In this document: positions 39,317 through 52,818 of the stretch, in pieces | How positions within the stretch are numbered: the first letter of the stretch is position 1 | Layout of the letters: each line of letters begins with the position of its first letter | Notes under the pieces: generated by a model | Told to the model about the DNA's origin: nothing | Seen by the model: the letters and a program-made list of their open reading frames with translations, nothing else | The model's database searches: none | Assembly: GCA_963845185.1 (NCBI GenBank) | Contig: CAWJRG010000005.1 | Coordinates: forward strand, 128,001 to 192,000 | Direction of reading: 5' to 3' | DNA length: 64,000 bases | From: an uncultured bacterium | GTDB lineage: Bacteria; Oederibacteriota; PGYV01; CAWJRG01 | Position numbers and translations under genes: made by a program

Positions 39317-42300
39317 TTATTTCAATATAATAATCTTGTCCACTTTAGATCTTACCGTCACTCCGCCTTTTTCCGCAATTACCACATAGTAATATGCTCC
39401 CTCGCTGAGGTTGTAAAGATCCTTAATGTCAAATGTCAAAGTCGCTACTCCATTTTCTACTGACGGTCCATCGAATTCTTTTTGCATTATCAGCCTGTAC
39501 GCAGTTGTATATATTTTCACTTTCATGCTGTCTATATTATCCGTTGTTACGTTAACTCGGATATTTAACGGCCACACTGTAGGATTAATCGGGTTCGGAT
39601 ACGGCAGTACCGTCCCTACTGTAAGGACACCTGTAGGCACAGCTATCGGCGTCATTGTCGCTGTTGATAACGCAGGGGTCGGTGTCTTGGTAGCTGACGA
39701 ACATGAGCATGCGTTACTCATTGCCGATGCACTTGTCACTGTCACTCCATCAACCGAGTCCGTACCGCTTACCGTCGCGTTGAATGTTACGGTGCCTGTC
39801 GTAGATGACACTGTATATACCCACGTAAACGACGCTTGTGCATTTTTCGCCATTGTCGCATTTGCAGGGCTTGGCCCGCTTACCAGCGTAGCTGAACCGC
39901 CGCCGCCGGACGTCAATACCAGCGATGACGGCGCTACGTTATTTGCTGTGTTCGCTCCTGTGTTCTGAACCTGCATAACTATTGTTATATTCTGGCCGTT
40001 TACAGCGCTTGATGGCGATATTGTTAAACTGTTTATCACAAGGTTTATAGCCACTGTAGGTGTGGCTGTAAGCGTATTTGTAATCGCCGGCGTTACTGTC
40101 ACTGTCGCTGTAGCGCATGTGAACAGGTTGCTCGCCGCTGATGCGACTATCTCAGTCACTCCGTCAACCGCGTCTGTGCCGCTTACTGTCCCGTTAAATG
40201 TTATATTGTTGGCTATAACAACCGCATATACCCAAGTGAATGAGTCTGATGAATTCCCGTTTATTGTCGCATTTGCAGGGCTTGGCCCGCTTACCAGCGT
40301 GGCTGCTCCTCCGCCGGATTGCGATAACACTGACGGCGCCACATTATCCGCTGTGTTCGCGCCTGTATTTGCAACAAGCATCACTACCGTTATGTACTGC
40401 CCGGTTGCAGCGCTTCCCGGCGATACAGTCAAACTTGCCGCAAGGTTTATGGCTATTGTCGGCGTTATTGTCGGAGTGTTTGTCATTGTCGAACCAGGCG
40501 GCACTGTCATTGTAATGGTATAAGTCGGCGTTGCTGTTATTGTCGGTGTTGCTGTCTGTGTCCCTGTTGATGTTGACGTGCTTGTCAATGTCGGCGGAAC
40601 CGTCGTATTCGTGCCTGTCGCGCTGGGTGTTACTGTATATGTTGCTGTGTTTACTACCTGCGTTGTAACTGTCACTGTCGGAACATTGCAGTATATTTCA
40701 AAGTTGTCTATCCATAGAGTTACGCTTGCCTGCGGCGCTGCTGTCGTCTGGAATTGCACCTCTTTCGCGTTTTGCAATACTGTGTTCAGCGGCTCTGCTG
40801 TTCCCCATCCTGCCTGTTTAAACGACGTGAATGGTATTGTTATAAGCGTCCATCCTGCCGGCGCTGTAAACGTATATGCGTAACTATCGTACCCGTCAAG
40901 CTCGGTACCGCTTGAGTTCGTGTACGGTATCTTTATTTCATATGTTGCTCCGTCTCCCTTTGTTTCAAACCTTATCCCTATTGCTCCGCTTATGTCGGTT
41001 GTCTGATATGTCGGCGAACCTGCTTTCCCATTCAACTGCGTCCCCATGCCTATGTACCCGCCTGCTGCCGCTACAGACCCGGTCATAAGCGCTGCGCAGT
41101 CCGCTCCAGTGCTAAACCCGGGCGAACTCATTACAAACGGACCTGATGCTGTCGAAGGCCATACTGTAGATGCTGCGTCGTTATATGTGTACCAGTATCC
41201 GCCCCACGCGTTCTGATTACTGCAACTTGCCATTGTATCCAACTGGCATACGGGTTGAGGTGTATTTGTCGCTGTCGGCCCTGGCGGCGGCGTATTCGTC
41301 GCTGTTGCTCCGCAGCCGTATATCTCAAAGTTATCTACCCATAAATCTACGCTCGCCAGAGGCGCTGCCGTTGTCTGGAACTGCACCTCTTTTGCGTTTT
41401 GCAAAACTGTAAGCAGTGCAACTGCTGTTCCCCATCCTGCCTGTTTCAACGATGAGAACGGCACTGTTACCAAAGTCCAGCCTGCTGGCGCTGTAAACGT
41501 ATACGCGTAACTGTCGTACCCGTCAAGCTCGGTACCGCTTGAGTTCGTGTACGGTATCTTTATTTCATATGTTGCTCCGTCTCCCTTTACATAAAACCTT
41601 ATACCTATTGCTCCGCTTAAATCTGTCACCTGGTATGTCGGCGACCCTGCGTTCGCGTTCAGCTGCATTCCCATGCCTATCTGTCCGCCTGCATCCACTG
41701 TACCTGTCAGCTGTGCAGCGCAGTCCGTGCCATTGTCATACCCGGGCGAACTCATTACAAAAGCTCCTGCTCCTGACGGCCATACTGTAGATCCTGCGTC
41801 GTTATATGTGTACCAGTATCCGCCCCATGCGTCCTGATTACTGCAATTTGCTATTTTATCAACCTGGCAAAGGGAAGATGGCACTGTTGGTGTGAATGTC
41901 GCTGTCGGTGCAGTCGGCAAAGTTGGTGTATATGTAGGTGTCGCGCATGTGAAAGCATTGCTGGCGGCCGATGTACTTGTCATAACAACTCCGTCACCCG
42001 CGTCTGTGCCGCTTGCCGTCCCGTTGAATGTTATATTACTGCATATTACAATATTATATACCCATGTGAATGATGCTGACGCATTTGAGCCTATTGTCGC
42101 GCTTGCAGGGCTTGGCCCGCTTACCAGCGTGGCCGCTCCTCCGCCGGATTGCGACAATGCTGACGGCGCTACGTTATTAGCCGTGCCTGTGCCTGTGTTT
42201 TGCACCTGCATCACTACCGTTATATCCTGACCTGTTCCAACGCTTGCAGGCGATACTGTTATATTTGCCACAAGGTCTATCGCTATTGTCGGGGTTGCTG

Positions 42301-45016
42301 TTGGAACAGTCGGCGTGTCTGTCCTTGTCGCCGTAGGTGTTATGGTATTTGTCAATGGCATGTTTATGGTATATGTCGCCGTAATTGTATATGTCCTTGT
42401 AGGCGATGGTGTATTTGTCTTTGTTGCTGTTATTGTTGGCGTTACCGAGTATGTAGGCGTAAATGTCGCTGATACTATTATTTGAGTAAATGTCATTGTT
42501 ATTGTGTACGAAGGTGTCTGCGTGCCTGTCGATGTATTTGTCGGTGTATTTGTTCTTGTTCCTGTAGATGACGGTGTGTTTGTCACTGTATTTATCGGCG
42601 TATTTGAAGGCGTATATGTATATGTGTATGTCGGCGTTATTGTTTTCGTTATGGTGAATGTCGGGGTAATCGTCGCCGATACTATTATTTGTGTAAATGT
42701 CATTGTTATTGTGTATGACGGCGTTTGTGTGCCTGTCGGCGTATTTGTAGCTGTGTTTGTCCTTGTCGCCGTAAACGAAGGCGTTCCTGTACTTGTGCCC
42801 GTAGGTGTATTTGTTTGAGTATCCGTTCTTGTCCCTGTCGCCGTTGGCGTGTCTGTGCTTGTATTAGGTAATGGCGTGTTTGTCCCCGTAGGTGTATTTG
42901 TTGGTGTATTAGTCAACGTATCTGTCCTTGTCCATGAAGGTGTAGGCGTATTTGTGTTTGTATTGGGCAACGGCGTACTTGTATCTGTCAAAGTAGGCGT
43001 AGGCGTTGACGTATATGTGTTCGTACTCGGTGGAGATGTGGGTGTCGCTGACCTTGTGTCCGTCGGCGTTACTGTCATTGTGTTTATTGCAGGCGGCGGC
43101 GTCAATGTCGGCGTTACTGTCTTTGTATTTATCGGCGTAGGCGTCCATCCTAGGCTTGGATAGAATCCTACATCGTCTATTGATAAATCTACTGCATGCC
43201 CGTAGTCATACGTCTGCCAGTTTATCTGCAGCAGGTGCTGCAATACCAGCGTTAAGCTTACTTTTGTGCCCCAGCCTGTTTCCTGCGTCAGGTCTGAAAA
43301 TGGTATCTGCATCTGTGTCCACGTGGTCGGCGGTATAAATGTATATTTGAAGTCGTTATACCCTGTGTTTGTTACTGAGTTTGGCATAAACCTCAGGCTG
43401 TACTGGTGCGTCCCGTCTCCTTTTATCGCCATGACAAATCCGCTGAATGCGCTTACATCCCTTGTCGTGGATGTTACCCTGTCCACGTTTGTCCCCAATC
43501 CAACGCACGGGTAATATATAGTCCCTGTACATGCAGAATTGTTGCAGCCGGTCGAACAGTATGTCGTGTACACATATCCCGTTATCCTGGCGCAATATGC
43601 CGAACCGTACGGGCTGCCTGGCCAACCTGGCGCTGTCATTACAAACGTTGTCTGTGCCTTCGGCCACACTGTCGTTGTGTCATTCGCGCATCCTGTCGTA
43701 CCATAATACGAGTACCATGCGCCTCCCCAGTTATTTATTGCATCCCCGTCTTCAAATGTATCCAGCAATGCCGCTGACGGCGTCTGCGTTATTGTCGGCG
43801 TAAATGTCGGCGTTCCTCCCTGTAAATTTAATAAGTTCCAATAATTCCCTGTCATCAACAGAAGCGATAATATCTGCCATGAGTCGTTATAATATGAATT
43901 CGGCGCAAAACTCCCTGTCTCTGTGCAGTAATTATTTAATGTTGTCTGGTATCCGTTATAATTCCTCATAAACGAACATCCTATCGGGCCGGTGAAGCAT
44001 GCGTTGTGATTGGTTCCTGTCACGGCCCCGCTTGATACTACATAGCCGTCCTCTATTGCCGTGGCTGCTATTGTGTTAAAGTGTACGGATATATACTGCA
44101 GCTCTGTCGCTGAGTCTACTCCATTCCATGTATAATATAACTCGAACCTCCATGGCACCCTGCATGAATTATATAAATAATCCAGCCCATTGCATGAGCC
44201 GTTTCCTCCGCTGTTGCACGGGTCTCCGTTCTCAACTGCTCCGTTTGCCAGGCATGAATCTCCTATTAGCCCGTTTGCCGTGCTACGGCATCCTCCTCCT
44301 GCCCATGTCGTCATTGCTGTTAACACAGCGTTCCATTTTGCAGAATTTGTCGTGTCTATGTTTGCCCATTCTGCGTAATATGCCGGATCCCAGTATGACG
44401 GATAATACCATGTGTTCCATTGGTCCCCCGGATTTACTGCCGACGTGCTTGAATCTATGTCGTGTGACAATACATACCCTTCCTCTGTCATTGCCGTCGC
44501 TCTTATGTTTGTATCATCTACTCCAGGTGTCGGGCCAAACTGCCGCGCCGCCATCAAAACTGAAAACGCTATGTCTTCGTCCGCGTCTGTCGCTGAATCT
44601 GCCGGGCTTGCTTTATTGCTTCCATCTGAATTCAGGTTCCATACCATTAGAGTGTTTGAGTCCAGATGCAACTGCATATAACTCCATAAATTGTTGTATA
44701 ATGCCGCGTCATTAAAATATACCGCCATCAACATACCGTATCCCATTCCTTCTGATACCGTGTCATTGCTCTGGTCCGGCCTCTCTACTCTATCGTATCC
44801 GGATGCCGCCACAACGTAATGCGTCTTCCACGTGTTGTACAGATTCAGCAGGTTTGAGTTGCTGTAACTTGTCGAGTATATGCCGTATGTATATGCCTTG
44901 CTTAATGGAAATGGAAAGTTGGCGTTTGTCTGTGTGATTATGTTTGCGCCAAATACCCCGCTGCTCAGAATGATTATAAAAAGGATCGCAATTGCCGTTA
45001 TTTTTCTTATTTTCAT
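39317..45016 (-). CDS. Multidomain GH8 (1899 aa): GH8, 3 CBM11-like domains, Thr-rich linkers, 3 Ig-like domains, T9SS-like CTD
   Basis: [30 protein letters not shown]; three GG(A/Y)WY...IPF...D(D/N) modules; PYPNP...IYT..YRLI...LSEGAYYY...KIIILK. Confidence 0.9.
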   Translation of the reverse strand: MKIRKITAIAILFIIILSSGVFGANIITQTNANFPFPLSKAYTYGIYSTSYSNSNLLNLYNTWKTHYVVAASGYDRVERPDQSNDTVSEGMGYGMLMAVYFNDAALYNNLWSYMQLHLDSNTLMVWNLNSDGSNKASPADSATDADEDIAFSVLMAARQFGPTPGVDDTNIRATAMTEEGYVLSHDIDSSTSAVNPGDQWNTWYYPSYWDPAYYAEWANIDTTNSAKWNAVLTAMTTWAGGGCRSTANGLIGDSCLANGAVENGDPCNSGGNGSCNGLDYLYNSCRVPWRFELYYTWNGVDSATELQYISVHFNTIAATAIEDGYVVSSGAVTGTNHNACFTGPIGCSFMRNYNGYQTTLNNYCTETGSFAPNSYYNDSWQILSLLLMTGNYWNLLNLQGGTPTFTPTITQTPSAALLDTFEDGDAINNWGGAWYSYYGTTGCANDTTTVWPKAQTTFVMTAPGWPGSPYGSAYCARITGYVYTTYCSTGCNNSACTGTIYYPCVGLGTNVDRVTSTTRDVSAFSGFVMAIKGDGTHQYSLRFMPNSVTNTGYNDFKYTFIPPTTWTQMQIPFSDLTQETGWGTKVSLTLVLQHLLQINWQTYDYGHAVDLSIDDVGFYPSLGWTPTPINTKTVTPTLTPPPAINTMTVTPTDTRSATPTSPPSTNTYTSTPTPTLTDTSTPLPNTNTNTPTPSWTRTDTLTNTPTNTPTGTNTPLPNTSTDTPTATGTRTDTQTNTPTGTSTGTPSFTATRTNTATNTPTGTQTPSYTITMTFTQIIVSATITPTFTITKTITPTYTYTYTPSNTPINTVTNTPSSTGTRTNTPTNTSTGTQTPSYTITMTFTQIIVSATFTPTYSVTPTITATKTNTPSPTRTYTITATYTINMPLTNTITPTATRTDTPTVPTATPTIAIDLVANITVSPASVGTGQDITVVMQVQNTGTGTANNVAPSALSQSGGGAATLVSGPSPASATIGSNASASFTWVYNIVICSNITFNGTASGTDAGDGVVMTSTSAASNAFTCATPTYTPTLPTAPTATFTPTVPSSLCQVDKIANCSNQDAWGGYWYTYNDAGSTVWPSGAGAFVMSSPGYDNGTDCAAQLTGTVDAGGQIGMGMQLNANAGSPTYQVTDLSGAIGIRFYVKGDGATYEIKIPYTNSSGTELDGYDSYAYTFTAPAGWTLVTVPFSSLKQAGWGTAVALLTVLQNAKEVQFQTTAAPLASVDLWVDNFEIYGCGATATNTPPPGPTATNTPQPVCQLDTMASCSNQNAWGGYWYTYNDAASTVWPSTASGPFVMSSPGFSTGADCAALMTGSVAAAGGYIGMGTQLNGKAGSPTYQTTDISGAIGIRFETKGDGATYEIKIPYTNSSGTELDGYDSYAYTFTAPAGWTLITIPFTSFKQAGWGTAEPLNTVLQNAKEVQFQTTAAPQASVTLWIDNFEIYCNVPTVTVTTQVVNTATYTVTPSATGTNTTVPPTLTSTSTSTGTQTATPTITATPTYTITMTVPPGSTMTNTPTITPTIAINLAASLTVSPGSAATGQYITVVMLVANTGANTADNVAPSVLSQSGGGAATLVSGPSPANATINGNSSDSFTWVYAVVIANNITFNGTVSGTDAVDGVTEIVASAASNLFTCATATVTVTPAITNTLTATPTVAINLVINSLTISPSSAVNGQNITIVMQVQNTGANTANNVAPSSLVLTSGGGGSATLVSGPSPANATMAKNAQASFTWVYTVSSTTGTVTFNATVSGTDSVDGVTVTSASAMSNACSCSSATKTPTPALSTATMTPIAVPTGVLTVGTVLPYPNPINPTVWPLNIRVNVTTDNIDSMKVKIYTTAYRLIMQKEFDGPSVENGVATLTFDIKDLYNLSEGAYYYVVIAEKGGVTVRSKVDKIIILK

Positions 45017-45077
45017 AACTTTGCCTCCTGCTTTCTATGTTTTTATATATATCTGTATTCCTGTTTCTTCCTTCTTT

Positions 45078-45105
45078 TTAGACAACTTTAAACCAAAAAA
45101 GTTCC
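45078..45105 (-). promoter_or_regulatory. ECF sigma-type promoter
   Basis: GGAACTT-N15-GTCTAA on the minus strand, upstream of GH8 45016. Confidence 0.72.
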
Positions 45106-45121
45106 AATAATCTTATTAACA

Positions 45122-45150
45122 ATTTTATTCAGTAAATACTGATTTGTCAA
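45122..45150 (-). promoter_or_regulatory. Sigma70 promoter with a palindrome in the spacer
   Basis: TTGACA-N17-TAAAAT; TCAGTA-N2-TACTGA at 45129-45142. Confidence 0.6.
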
Positions 45151-45374
45151 GGTGTTTTTGTACGATTAAATAATGCCTTTGCTGTGCAATGGCAAATATT
45201 GTTTTTTGGATAATATCCATCAATAACTGATGGGTTTACAATATGATTGCGTCCCAAATAGCAGCCGCTTCCCTGTTATATTGTCAATATATTTTAAAAA
45301 AATTTCGGCTTTGTCCGTATGCAGCACAAACAAAAAGGTTTATGTCCGGGCGATACATCAAGCCCGGCATAATA

Positions 45375-45412
45375 AAAAAAACAGGAGCGGATTAAAGTAC
45401 CGCTCCTGTTTT
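45375..45412 (-). terminator. Intrinsic terminator
   Basis: AAAACAGGAGCGG...CCGCTCCTGTTTT. Confidence 0.78.
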
Positions 45413-45436
45413 AAATCTCTTAAGTATTTTAAAAAA

Positions 45437-48400
45437 TTACTTTAATATAATAATCTTGTCTATCTTGGACCTTACCTTTACTCCGCCTTTTTCCGCAATT
45501 ACCACGTAGTAATATGAGCCTTCGCTGAGGTCTTTAAGGTTATCATCGCTGTCGTCGCATTGCAAAACACCGCTGCTTGCTACTAGCTGCGCTGCTTTTC
45601 CATCAAATGTATGCTGCTTTATCAGCCTGTAAGATGCTGTATATATCTTAAGCGTTATTTTCTCTACGTCGCTTGGCGTTATGTTAACCTTAATTTTCAA
45701 AGGCTGTATTACCGGATTAATTGGGTTCGGATAAGGCAAAGGCGGTCCTACTGTCACTCCTGTTGCCAGCGGTGTCGCCGTATATGTCGGTGTCGCTGTA
45801 ATCGTAGGTGTCTGTGTCATAGTCGCTGGCGAGCATGAGAATGTGTTGCTCGTTGCCGGCGCGCTTGTATCGGTCACTCCGTCAACCGCATCCGTGCCGC
45901 TTGCCGTATCGTTAAATGTTACAGTTGTGCCTGGCCCGGATGTCACTTGGTATACCCATGTAAATGACGCTTGTGCACCTGCGCCTATCGCAGTTGCAGC
46001 CGGCGCGCTTCCCTGCAGAGTAACTGACCCTGTGCTGCCTGCCGTTAATGCCGGCGCTGACGGCACCACGTTATTTGCTGTGTTTGTACCGTTATTTTTC
46101 ACCTGTATCACTACCGTTATAATCTGGCCTTGTCCGCCGCTTGAAGGCGATATCGTTATGTTGTTTATTACAAGGTTTATCGCTATGGTCGGCGTTACTG
46201 TCGGCGTATTTGTCGCTGTATTAACTGGCGTGTTCGTCGCTGTCGCGCATGTGAATGTGTTGCTGGATATTGATCCGGTTGTCAAAACCACCCCGTCAAC
46301 CGCGTCTGTGCCGCTTACTGTCCCGCTGAATGTTATATTGCTGCATATTACAACATTATACACCCATGTAAACGAGGTTTGTGAATTCCCGTTTATTGTC
46401 GTATTTGCAGGGATTGGCCCGCTTACCAGCGTGGCTGCTCCTCCGCCGGATTGCGACAATGCTGACGGTGCCACGTTATTAGCAGCGTTACCGCCTGTGT
46501 TTACAACCAGCATAACTACAGTTATGTTCTGGCCGCTCGCAGCGCTTGCCGGTGATATTGTCAAACTTGTTATAAAGTTAATAGCTATTGTCGGTGTTGC
46601 TGTCGGCGTGTTTGTCGGCGTGCTTGTCACTGTCGCTGTCGCGCACGTGAATGTGTTGCTCGATGATGAGCCGCTGGTCATGCCGACTCCGTCCACAGCG
46701 TCGGTACCGCTTACAGTCCCGCTGAATGTTATATTGCCGCATGTTATTACAGTATATACCCATGTGAAAGATGTTTGCGCACCACTTCCGCCTAATGTCG
46801 CGCTTGCAGGGCTTGGCCCGCTTACCAGCGTAGTTGCTCCTGCGCCTGATTGCGACAACACTGACGGCGCTACGTTATCCGCTGTGTTTGCGTCTGTATT
46901 TTGCACCTGCATCACAACTGTAATATTCTGTCCAACAGCAACGCTTGCCGGCGATATCGTTATGCTGTTTATTACAAGGTTTATATCTATCGTCGGCGTT
47001 ACTGTCGGCGTGTCTGTCTTTGTAGAACCAAGCGGCACCGGTGTATCTGTTATGGTAATTGTATAAGTCGGCGTCCATGTTGGTGTCACTGTCAATGTCC
47101 GCGTTTCTGTCAATGTTGATGTTTCTGTTACACTAGGCGTCCCTGTAGGTGTAGCTGTCAATGTCCGTGTATCTGTTGATGTCGGCGTTGATGTTTCTGT
47201 TGACGTTGGCGTCCTCGTCGGCGTATTAGTACCTGTTGCGGTCAGTGTCGGTGTATTTGTCGCTGTATTTGCCAGCGTGCTTGTCGCTGAAACCACAGGC
47301 GTGAATGTCACAGTAGGAACGATGCAGTATATCTCAAAGTTGTCTATCCATAGTGTTACGCTTGCCTGCGGCGCTGCTGTCGTCTGGAATTGTATATCTT
47401 TTGCGTTTTGCAATACTGTGTTCAATGGCACTGCTGTTCCCCATCCTGCCTGTTTGAAAGACGTGAATGGTATTGTTATAAGCGTCCATCCTGCCGGCGC
47501 TGTAAACGTTGCTGCGTAACTATCGTACCCGTCAAGCTCGGTACCGCTTGAGTTCGTGTACGGTATCTTTATTTCATATGTCGCTCCGTCTCCCTTTGTT
47601 TCGAACCTTATACCTACCGCTCCGCTTATATCGGTTACCTGATATGTCGGTGACCCTGCTTTTCCGTTTAACTGCATTCCCATTCCTATGTATCCGCCTG
47701 CTGCCGCTACAGACCCTGTCATAAGAGCCGCGCAGTCCGCTCCTCCGCTAAACCCGGGCGAACTCATTGCAAACGCAGTCCCTGTCACTGGCCATTCTGT
47801 CGATGCTGCGTCATCAAATGTGTACCAGTAACCGCCCCATGCGTCCTGATTGCTGCAACTTGCCATTGTATCAACCTGGCATACGGGTTGAGGCGTATTT
47901 GTTGGTGTAGGCCCTGTAGTAGGCGTATCCGTCGCTGTTGCCCCGCAGCCGTATATAGTAAAGTTGTCTATCCATAAATCTACGCTCGCCTGCGGCGATG
48001 CTACTGTCTGGAATTGTACCTCTTTCGCGTTTTGTAATACTGTAAGCAACGCTACCGCTGTTCCCCATCCTGCCTGTTTCAATGATGAGAACGGCACTGT
48101 TACCAAAGTCCAGCCTGCCGGCGCTGTAAACGTTGCTGCGTAACTATCGTATCCGTCAAGCTCGGTACCGCTTGAGTTCGTGTACGGTATTTTTATTTCA
48201 TATGTCCCTCCGTCTCCCTTTGTATAGAAGCTTATCCCTATTGCTCCGCTCAAGTCTGTTACCTGATATGTCGGGGACCCTGCGTTCGCGTTCAGCTGCA
48301 TCCCCATTCCTATCTGGCCGCCTGCATCAACTGTACCAGTTATTTGCGCCGCGCAGTCCGCGCCTCCGTCATATCCGCCCGTACTCATTACAAACGCACC

Positions 48401-51400
48401 TGCTCCTGATGGCCATACCGTCGATCCAGCGTCGTTATACGTGTACCAGTAACCGCCCCATGCGTCCTGGTTACTGCAATTTACCATTTTATCCGTCTGG
48501 CACAGGGAGGTTGGCACTATTGACGTGTATGTCGCTGTCGGCACGAATACAGTTGATGTAAATGTCGCTGTATTGACCGGCGTGTCTGTATATGTAATAG
48601 GCGCCGTATTTGTAAGCGTCGCTGTATCGGACGGTGTATCTGTCTTTGTATTCACCGGCGTAGCCGTATACGTAAATGTCGATGTATTGGTTGACGTTAC
48701 AGTTCTGGAAGGAGTTCCTGTGTATGTTGGCGTAATCGTAGCTGATATTATCACTACAGTATAAGTCATAGTTATTGTGTATGTCGGCGTATTTGTTCCT
48801 GTATATGTAGCTGTAATTGTCCTTGTTCCTGTCGGTGTTGCTGTAATTGATGGTGTAGTTGTCTGGGTGAAAGACGACGTTGCCACGGGCGTGTTTGTCG
48901 ATGTATTCACCGGCGTGTTTGTCCACGTCAAAGTAACTGTGTATGTTGGCGTGTTTGTCGCTGTATTTGTCCTTGTTACTGTCGGCGATACTGTATATGT
49001 TGGAGTAATTGTTGCTGATACTATTATTGTTGTAAATGTCATTGTTATTGTGTATGTAGGTGTCGGCGTATTTGTCGGCGTATTTGTCAGCGTATTTGTC
49101 GGCGTATTTGTGCCTGTGTTTGTCCTTGTCACCGTAAGCGAAGGCGTCCCTGTGTTTGTAAATGTAGGCGCAGTCGTGTTTGTTCCTGTCGCTGTTAAAG
49201 TTGCAGTGTTCTGTTGCGTGCTTGTCCACGTAAGAGTTACTGTGTATGTAGGAGTATTTGTTGCCGTATTTGTCCTCGTTGCTGTTGATGACGGCGTGTT
49301 TGTCGGCGATATGGTGTATGTAGGAGTAATCGTCGCTGAAATTATCACTACTGTAAAAGTCATTGTTATTGTGTATGTCGGAGTCTGCGTGCCTGTCGGT
49401 GTATTTGTCGGTGTATTTGTGCCTGTATTTGTCCTTGTCGCCGTAAGCGAAGGCGTCCCCGTCGACGTTAAAGTTGCAGTGTTCTGTAATGTATTTGTCC
49501 ACGTTAAAGTAACTGTATATGTCGGCGTGTTTGTCGCTGTGTTTGTCCTTGTTCCTGTAGACGTCGGCGTGCTTGTCCCTGTCGATGTTAAAGTCACTGT
49601 GTTCTGAGGTGTGCTTGTCCACGTAAGAGTTACTGTATATGTAGGAGTATTTGTTGCCGTATTTGTCCTCGTTCCCGTAAATGTCGGTGTGTTTGTTACT
49701 GTAATTGTCGGCGATACCGTGTATGTAGGAGTAATAGTAGCTGATATTATCACTACTGTAAAAGTCATCGTTATCGTGTATGTTGGCGTCTGCGTGCCTG
49801 TCGGTGAGTTTGTCGGCGTATTTGTGCCTGTGTTTGTCCTTGTAGCCGTAAACGTAGGCGTACCTGTAGGTGTGCCCGTAGGTGTACTTGTCGGCGTATC
49901 TGAGACTGTATTCACCGGTGTGTTTGTCAATGTCAGGGTATATGTATATGTATACGTAAATGTCCTTGTAAAAGTGAACGAAGGAGTAATTGATGGGGTG
50001 TTTGTAGCTGTATTCACCGGCGTGTTTGTCCACGTCAAAGTTACTGTATATGTGTATGTAGACGTATATGTAGGCGTATTTGTTCCTGTATTTGTCCTTG
50101 TTGCTGTAAGCGTTGGCGTATTTGTAACCGTATTTGCCGGCGTGTTTGTCCACGTCAGAGTTACTGTATATGTATATGTCGGCGTATCTGTAGGCGTATT
50201 TGTCCCTGTATTTGTCCTTGTCGCTGTACTTGACATCGATGGTGATTGCGTAGGCGTGTTTGTTAATGTATTCGCCGGCGTGTTTGTCCACGTCAAAGTT
50301 ACTGTATATGTATATGTAAACGTATCTGTAGGCGTATTTATCCCTGTGTTTGTCCTTGTTGCTGTAAGCGTAGACGTATTTGTAGGTGTATTTGTCGAAG
50401 TATATGTCGCTGTATTTACCGGCGTATTTGTGGCTGTATTCACCGGTGTATTTGTCCACGTCAAAGTTAATGTATATGTAGACGTGCGTGTACTTGTTAT
50501 CGTAGGCGTAACCGTCACTGATGGCGTACTTGTCACTGTAGATGTTAAAGTTATTGTGTTCTGTGGCGTGTTTGTCCATGTTAGAGTTACTGTATATGTA
50601 GACGTATTTGTACCTGTATTTGTCCTTGTCGCTGTAGACGTAGGTGTGGCCGTGCTTGTATATGTAGGCGTATTTGTACCTGTGTTTGTCCTTGTCGCCG
50701 TAAACGTAGACGTAGGCGTTGACGTATATGTGCTCGTACTGGGTAACGGCGTATTTGTTATTGTCGGTGAAGGTGTTGGAGTTATTGTCATTGTAGGTAT
50801 TGCAGGCGGCGGCGTCAGTGTCGGCGTTACTGTCTTCGTATTTATCGGCGTAGGCGTCCATCCCAGGCTTGGATAGAATCCTACATCGTCTATTGATAAA
50901 TCTACTGCATGCCCGTAATCATACGTCTGCCAGTTTATCTGCAGCAGATGCTGCAATACCAGCGTCAAACTTACTTTTGTACCCCACCCTGTTTCCTGCG
51001 TCAGGTCTGAAAATGGTATCTGCATCTGCGTCCACGTGGTCGGCGGTATAAATGTATATTTGAAGTCGTTATACCCTGTGTTTGTTACTGAGTTCGGCAT
51101 AAACCTCAGGCTGTACTGGTGCGTCCCGTCTCCTTTTATCGCCATTACAAATCCGCTGAATGCGCTTACATCCCTTGTCGTGGATGTTACCCTGTCTACG
51201 TTTGTCCCTAATCCAACGCACGGATAATATATAGTCCCTGTACATGCAGAATTGTTGCAACTGGTCGAACAGTATGTCGTGTATACATATCCCGTTATCC
51301 TGGCGCAATATGCCGTACCATACGGGCTGCCTGGCCAACCTGGCGCTGTCATTACAAACGTTGTCTGTGCCTTCGGCCACACTGTCGTTGTATCATTCGC

Positions 51401-52729
51401 GCATCCTGTCGTACCATAATACGAGTACCATGCGCCTCCCCAGTTATTTATTGCATCCCCGTCTTCAAATGTATCCAGCAATGCCGCCGACGGCGTCTGC
51501 GTTATTGTCGGCGTAAATGTCGGCGTTCCTCCCTGTAAATTTAATAAGTTCCAATAATTCCCTGTCATCAACAGAAGCGATAATATCTGCCATGAGTCGT
51601 TATAATATGAATTCGGCGCAAAACTCCCTGTCTCTGTGCAGTAATTATTTAACGTTGTCTGGTAACCATTATAATTCCTCATAAACGAACATCCTATCGG
51701 GCCGGTGAAGCATGCGTTGTGATTGGTTCCTGTCACGGCCCCGCTTGATACTACATAGCCGTCCTCTATTGCCGTGGCTGCTATTGTGTTAAAGTGTACG
51801 GATATATACTGCAGCTCTGTCGCTGAGTCTACTCCATTCCATGTATAATATAACTCGAACCTCCATGGCACCCTGCATGAATTATATAAATAATCCAGCC
51901 CATTGCATGAGCCGTTTCCTCCGCTGTTGCACGGGTCTCCGTTCTCAACTGCTCCGTTTGCCAGGCATGAATCTCCTATTAGCCCGTTTGCCGTGCTACG
52001 GCATCCTCCTCCTGCCCATGTCGTCATTGCTGTTAACACAGCGTTCCATTTTGCAGAATTTGTCGTGTCTATGTTTGCCCATTCTGCGTAATATGCCGGA
52101 TCCCAGTATGACGGATAATACCATGTGTTCCATTGGTCCCCCGGATTTACTGCCGACGTGCTTGAATCTATGTCGTGTGACAATACATACCCTTCCTCTG
52201 TCATTGCCGTCGCTCTTATGTTTGTATCATCTACTCCAGGTGTCGGGCCAAACTGCCGCGCCGCCATCAAAACTGAAAACGCTATGTCTTCGTCCGCGTC
52301 TGTCGCTGAATCTGCAGGGCTTGCTTTATTGCTTCCATCTGAATTCAGGTTCCATACCATTAGAGTGTTTGAGTCCAGATGCAACTGCATATAACTCCAT
52401 AAATTGTTGTATAATGCCGCGTCATTAAAATATACCGCCATCAACATACCGTATCCCATTCCTTCTGATACCGTGTCATTGCTCTGGTCCGGCCTCTCTA
52501 CTCTATCGTATCCGGATGCCGCCACAACGTAATGCGTCTTCCACGTGTTGTACAGATTCAGCAGGTTTGAGTTGCTGTAACTTGTCGAGTATATGCCGTA
52601 TGTATATGCCTTGCTTAATGGAAATGGAAAGTTGGCGTTTGTCTGTGTGATTATGTTTGCGCCAAATACCCCGCTGCTCAGAATGATTATAAAAAGGATC
52701 GCAATTGCCGTTATTTTTCTTATTTTCAT
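45437..52729 (-). CDS. Multidomain GH8 (2430 aa): GH8, 3 CBM11-like domains, very long Thr-rich linker, 3 Ig-like domains, T9SS-like CTD
   Basis: First ~640 aa nearly identical to 39317-45016; same catalytic motifs and same CTD class. Confidence 0.9.
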   Translation of the reverse strand: MKIRKITAIAILFIIILSSGVFGANIITQTNANFPFPLSKAYTYGIYSTSYSNSNLLNLYNTWKTHYVVAASGYDRVERPDQSNDTVSEGMGYGMLMAVYFNDAALYNNLWSYMQLHLDSNTLMVWNLNSDGSNKASPADSATDADEDIAFSVLMAARQFGPTPGVDDTNIRATAMTEEGYVLSHDIDSSTSAVNPGDQWNTWYYPSYWDPAYYAEWANIDTTNSAKWNAVLTAMTTWAGGGCRSTANGLIGDSCLANGAVENGDPCNSGGNGSCNGLDYLYNSCRVPWRFELYYTWNGVDSATELQYISVHFNTIAATAIEDGYVVSSGAVTGTNHNACFTGPIGCSFMRNYNGYQTTLNNYCTETGSFAPNSYYNDSWQILSLLLMTGNYWNLLNLQGGTPTFTPTITQTPSAALLDTFEDGDAINNWGGAWYSYYGTTGCANDTTTVWPKAQTTFVMTAPGWPGSPYGTAYCARITGYVYTTYCSTSCNNSACTGTIYYPCVGLGTNVDRVTSTTRDVSAFSGFVMAIKGDGTHQYSLRFMPNSVTNTGYNDFKYTFIPPTTWTQMQIPFSDLTQETGWGTKVSLTLVLQHLLQINWQTYDYGHAVDLSIDDVGFYPSLGWTPTPINTKTVTPTLTPPPAIPTMTITPTPSPTITNTPLPSTSTYTSTPTSTFTATRTNTGTNTPTYTSTATPTSTATRTNTGTNTSTYTVTLTWTNTPQNTITLTSTVTSTPSVTVTPTITSTRTSTYTLTLTWTNTPVNTATNTPVNTATYTSTNTPTNTSTLTATRTNTGINTPTDTFTYTYTVTLTWTNTPANTLTNTPTQSPSMSSTATRTNTGTNTPTDTPTYTYTVTLTWTNTPANTVTNTPTLTATRTNTGTNTPTYTSTYTYTVTLTWTNTPVNTATNTPSITPSFTFTRTFTYTYTYTLTLTNTPVNTVSDTPTSTPTGTPTGTPTFTATRTNTGTNTPTNSPTGTQTPTYTITMTFTVVIISATITPTYTVSPTITVTNTPTFTGTRTNTATNTPTYTVTLTWTSTPQNTVTLTSTGTSTPTSTGTRTNTATNTPTYTVTLTWTNTLQNTATLTSTGTPSLTATRTNTGTNTPTNTPTGTQTPTYTITMTFTVVIISATITPTYTISPTNTPSSTATRTNTATNTPTYTVTLTWTSTQQNTATLTATGTNTTAPTFTNTGTPSLTVTRTNTGTNTPTNTLTNTPTNTPTPTYTITMTFTTIIVSATITPTYTVSPTVTRTNTATNTPTYTVTLTWTNTPVNTSTNTPVATSSFTQTTTPSITATPTGTRTITATYTGTNTPTYTITMTYTVVIISATITPTYTGTPSRTVTSTNTSTFTYTATPVNTKTDTPSDTATLTNTAPITYTDTPVNTATFTSTVFVPTATYTSIVPTSLCQTDKMVNCSNQDAWGGYWYTYNDAGSTVWPSGAGAFVMSTGGYDGGADCAAQITGTVDAGGQIGMGMQLNANAGSPTYQVTDLSGAIGISFYTKGDGGTYEIKIPYTNSSGTELDGYDSYAATFTAPAGWTLVTVPFSSLKQAGWGTAVALLTVLQNAKEVQFQTVASPQASVDLWIDNFTIYGCGATATDTPTTGPTPTNTPQPVCQVDTMASCSNQDAWGGYWYTFDDAASTEWPVTGTAFAMSSPGFSGGADCAALMTGSVAAAGGYIGMGMQLNGKAGSPTYQVTDISGAVGIRFETKGDGATYEIKIPYTNSSGTELDGYDSYAATFTAPAGWTLITIPFTSFKQAGWGTAVPLNTVLQNAKDIQFQTTAAPQASVTLWIDNFEIYCIVPTVTFTPVVSATSTLANTATNTPTLTATGTNTPTRTPTSTETSTPTSTDTRTLTATPTGTPSVTETSTLTETRTLTVTPTWTPTYTITITDTPVPLGSTKTDTPTVTPTIDINLVINSITISPASVAVGQNITVVMQVQNTDANTADNVAPSVLSQSGAGATTLVSGPSPASATLGGSGAQTSFTWVYTVITCGNITFSGTVSGTDAVDGVGMTSGSSSSNTFTCATATVTSTPTNTPTATPTIAINFITSLTISPASAASGQNITVVMLVVNTGGNAANNVAPSALSQSGGGAATLVSGPIPANTTINGNSQTSFTWVYNVVICSNITFSGTVSGTDAVDGVVLTTGSISSNTFTCATATNTPVNTATNTPTVTPTIAINLVINNITISPSSGGQGQIITVVIQVKNNGTNTANNVVPSAPALTAGSTGSVTLQGSAPAATAIGAGAQASFTWVYQVTSGPGTTVTFNDTASGTDAVDGVTDTSAPATSNTFSCSPATMTQTPTITATPTYTATPLATGVTVGPPLPYPNPINPVIQPLKIKVNITPSDVEKITLKIYTASYRLIKQHTFDGKAAQLVASSGVLQCDDSDDNLKDLSEGSYYYVVIAEKGGVKVRSKIDKIIILK
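48510..50860 (-). repeat. Intragenic (Thr-X)n degenerate tandem repeats, about 780 aa
   Basis: Recurring [25 protein letters not shown] and [20 protein letters not shown] units. Confidence 0.9.
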
Positions 52730-52790
52730 AACTTTGCCTCCCGCTTTCTATGTTTTTATATATATCGATATTCCTATTTCTTCCTTCTTT

Positions 52791-52818
52791 TTAGACAACT
52801 TCTCCCCAAAAAAGTTCC
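52791..52818 (-). promoter_or_regulatory. ECF sigma-type promoter
   Basis: GGAACTT-N15-GTCTAA upstream of GH8 52729. The boxes are conserved while the spacer differs from the 45078 copy. Confidence 0.72.

Noticed and set aside
48489..50876. Long alternative-frame and antisense ORFs (790, 421 and 276 aa) over the GH8 stalk
   Set aside because: By-products of ACN-rich Thr-X repeats that lack stops in other frames; low complexity and no RBS.
37078..52729. Cellulosome (dockerin/cohesin) organisation
   Set aside because: No duplicated Ca-binding dockerin motifs or cohesins recognised; the enzymes end in T9SS-like CTDs.
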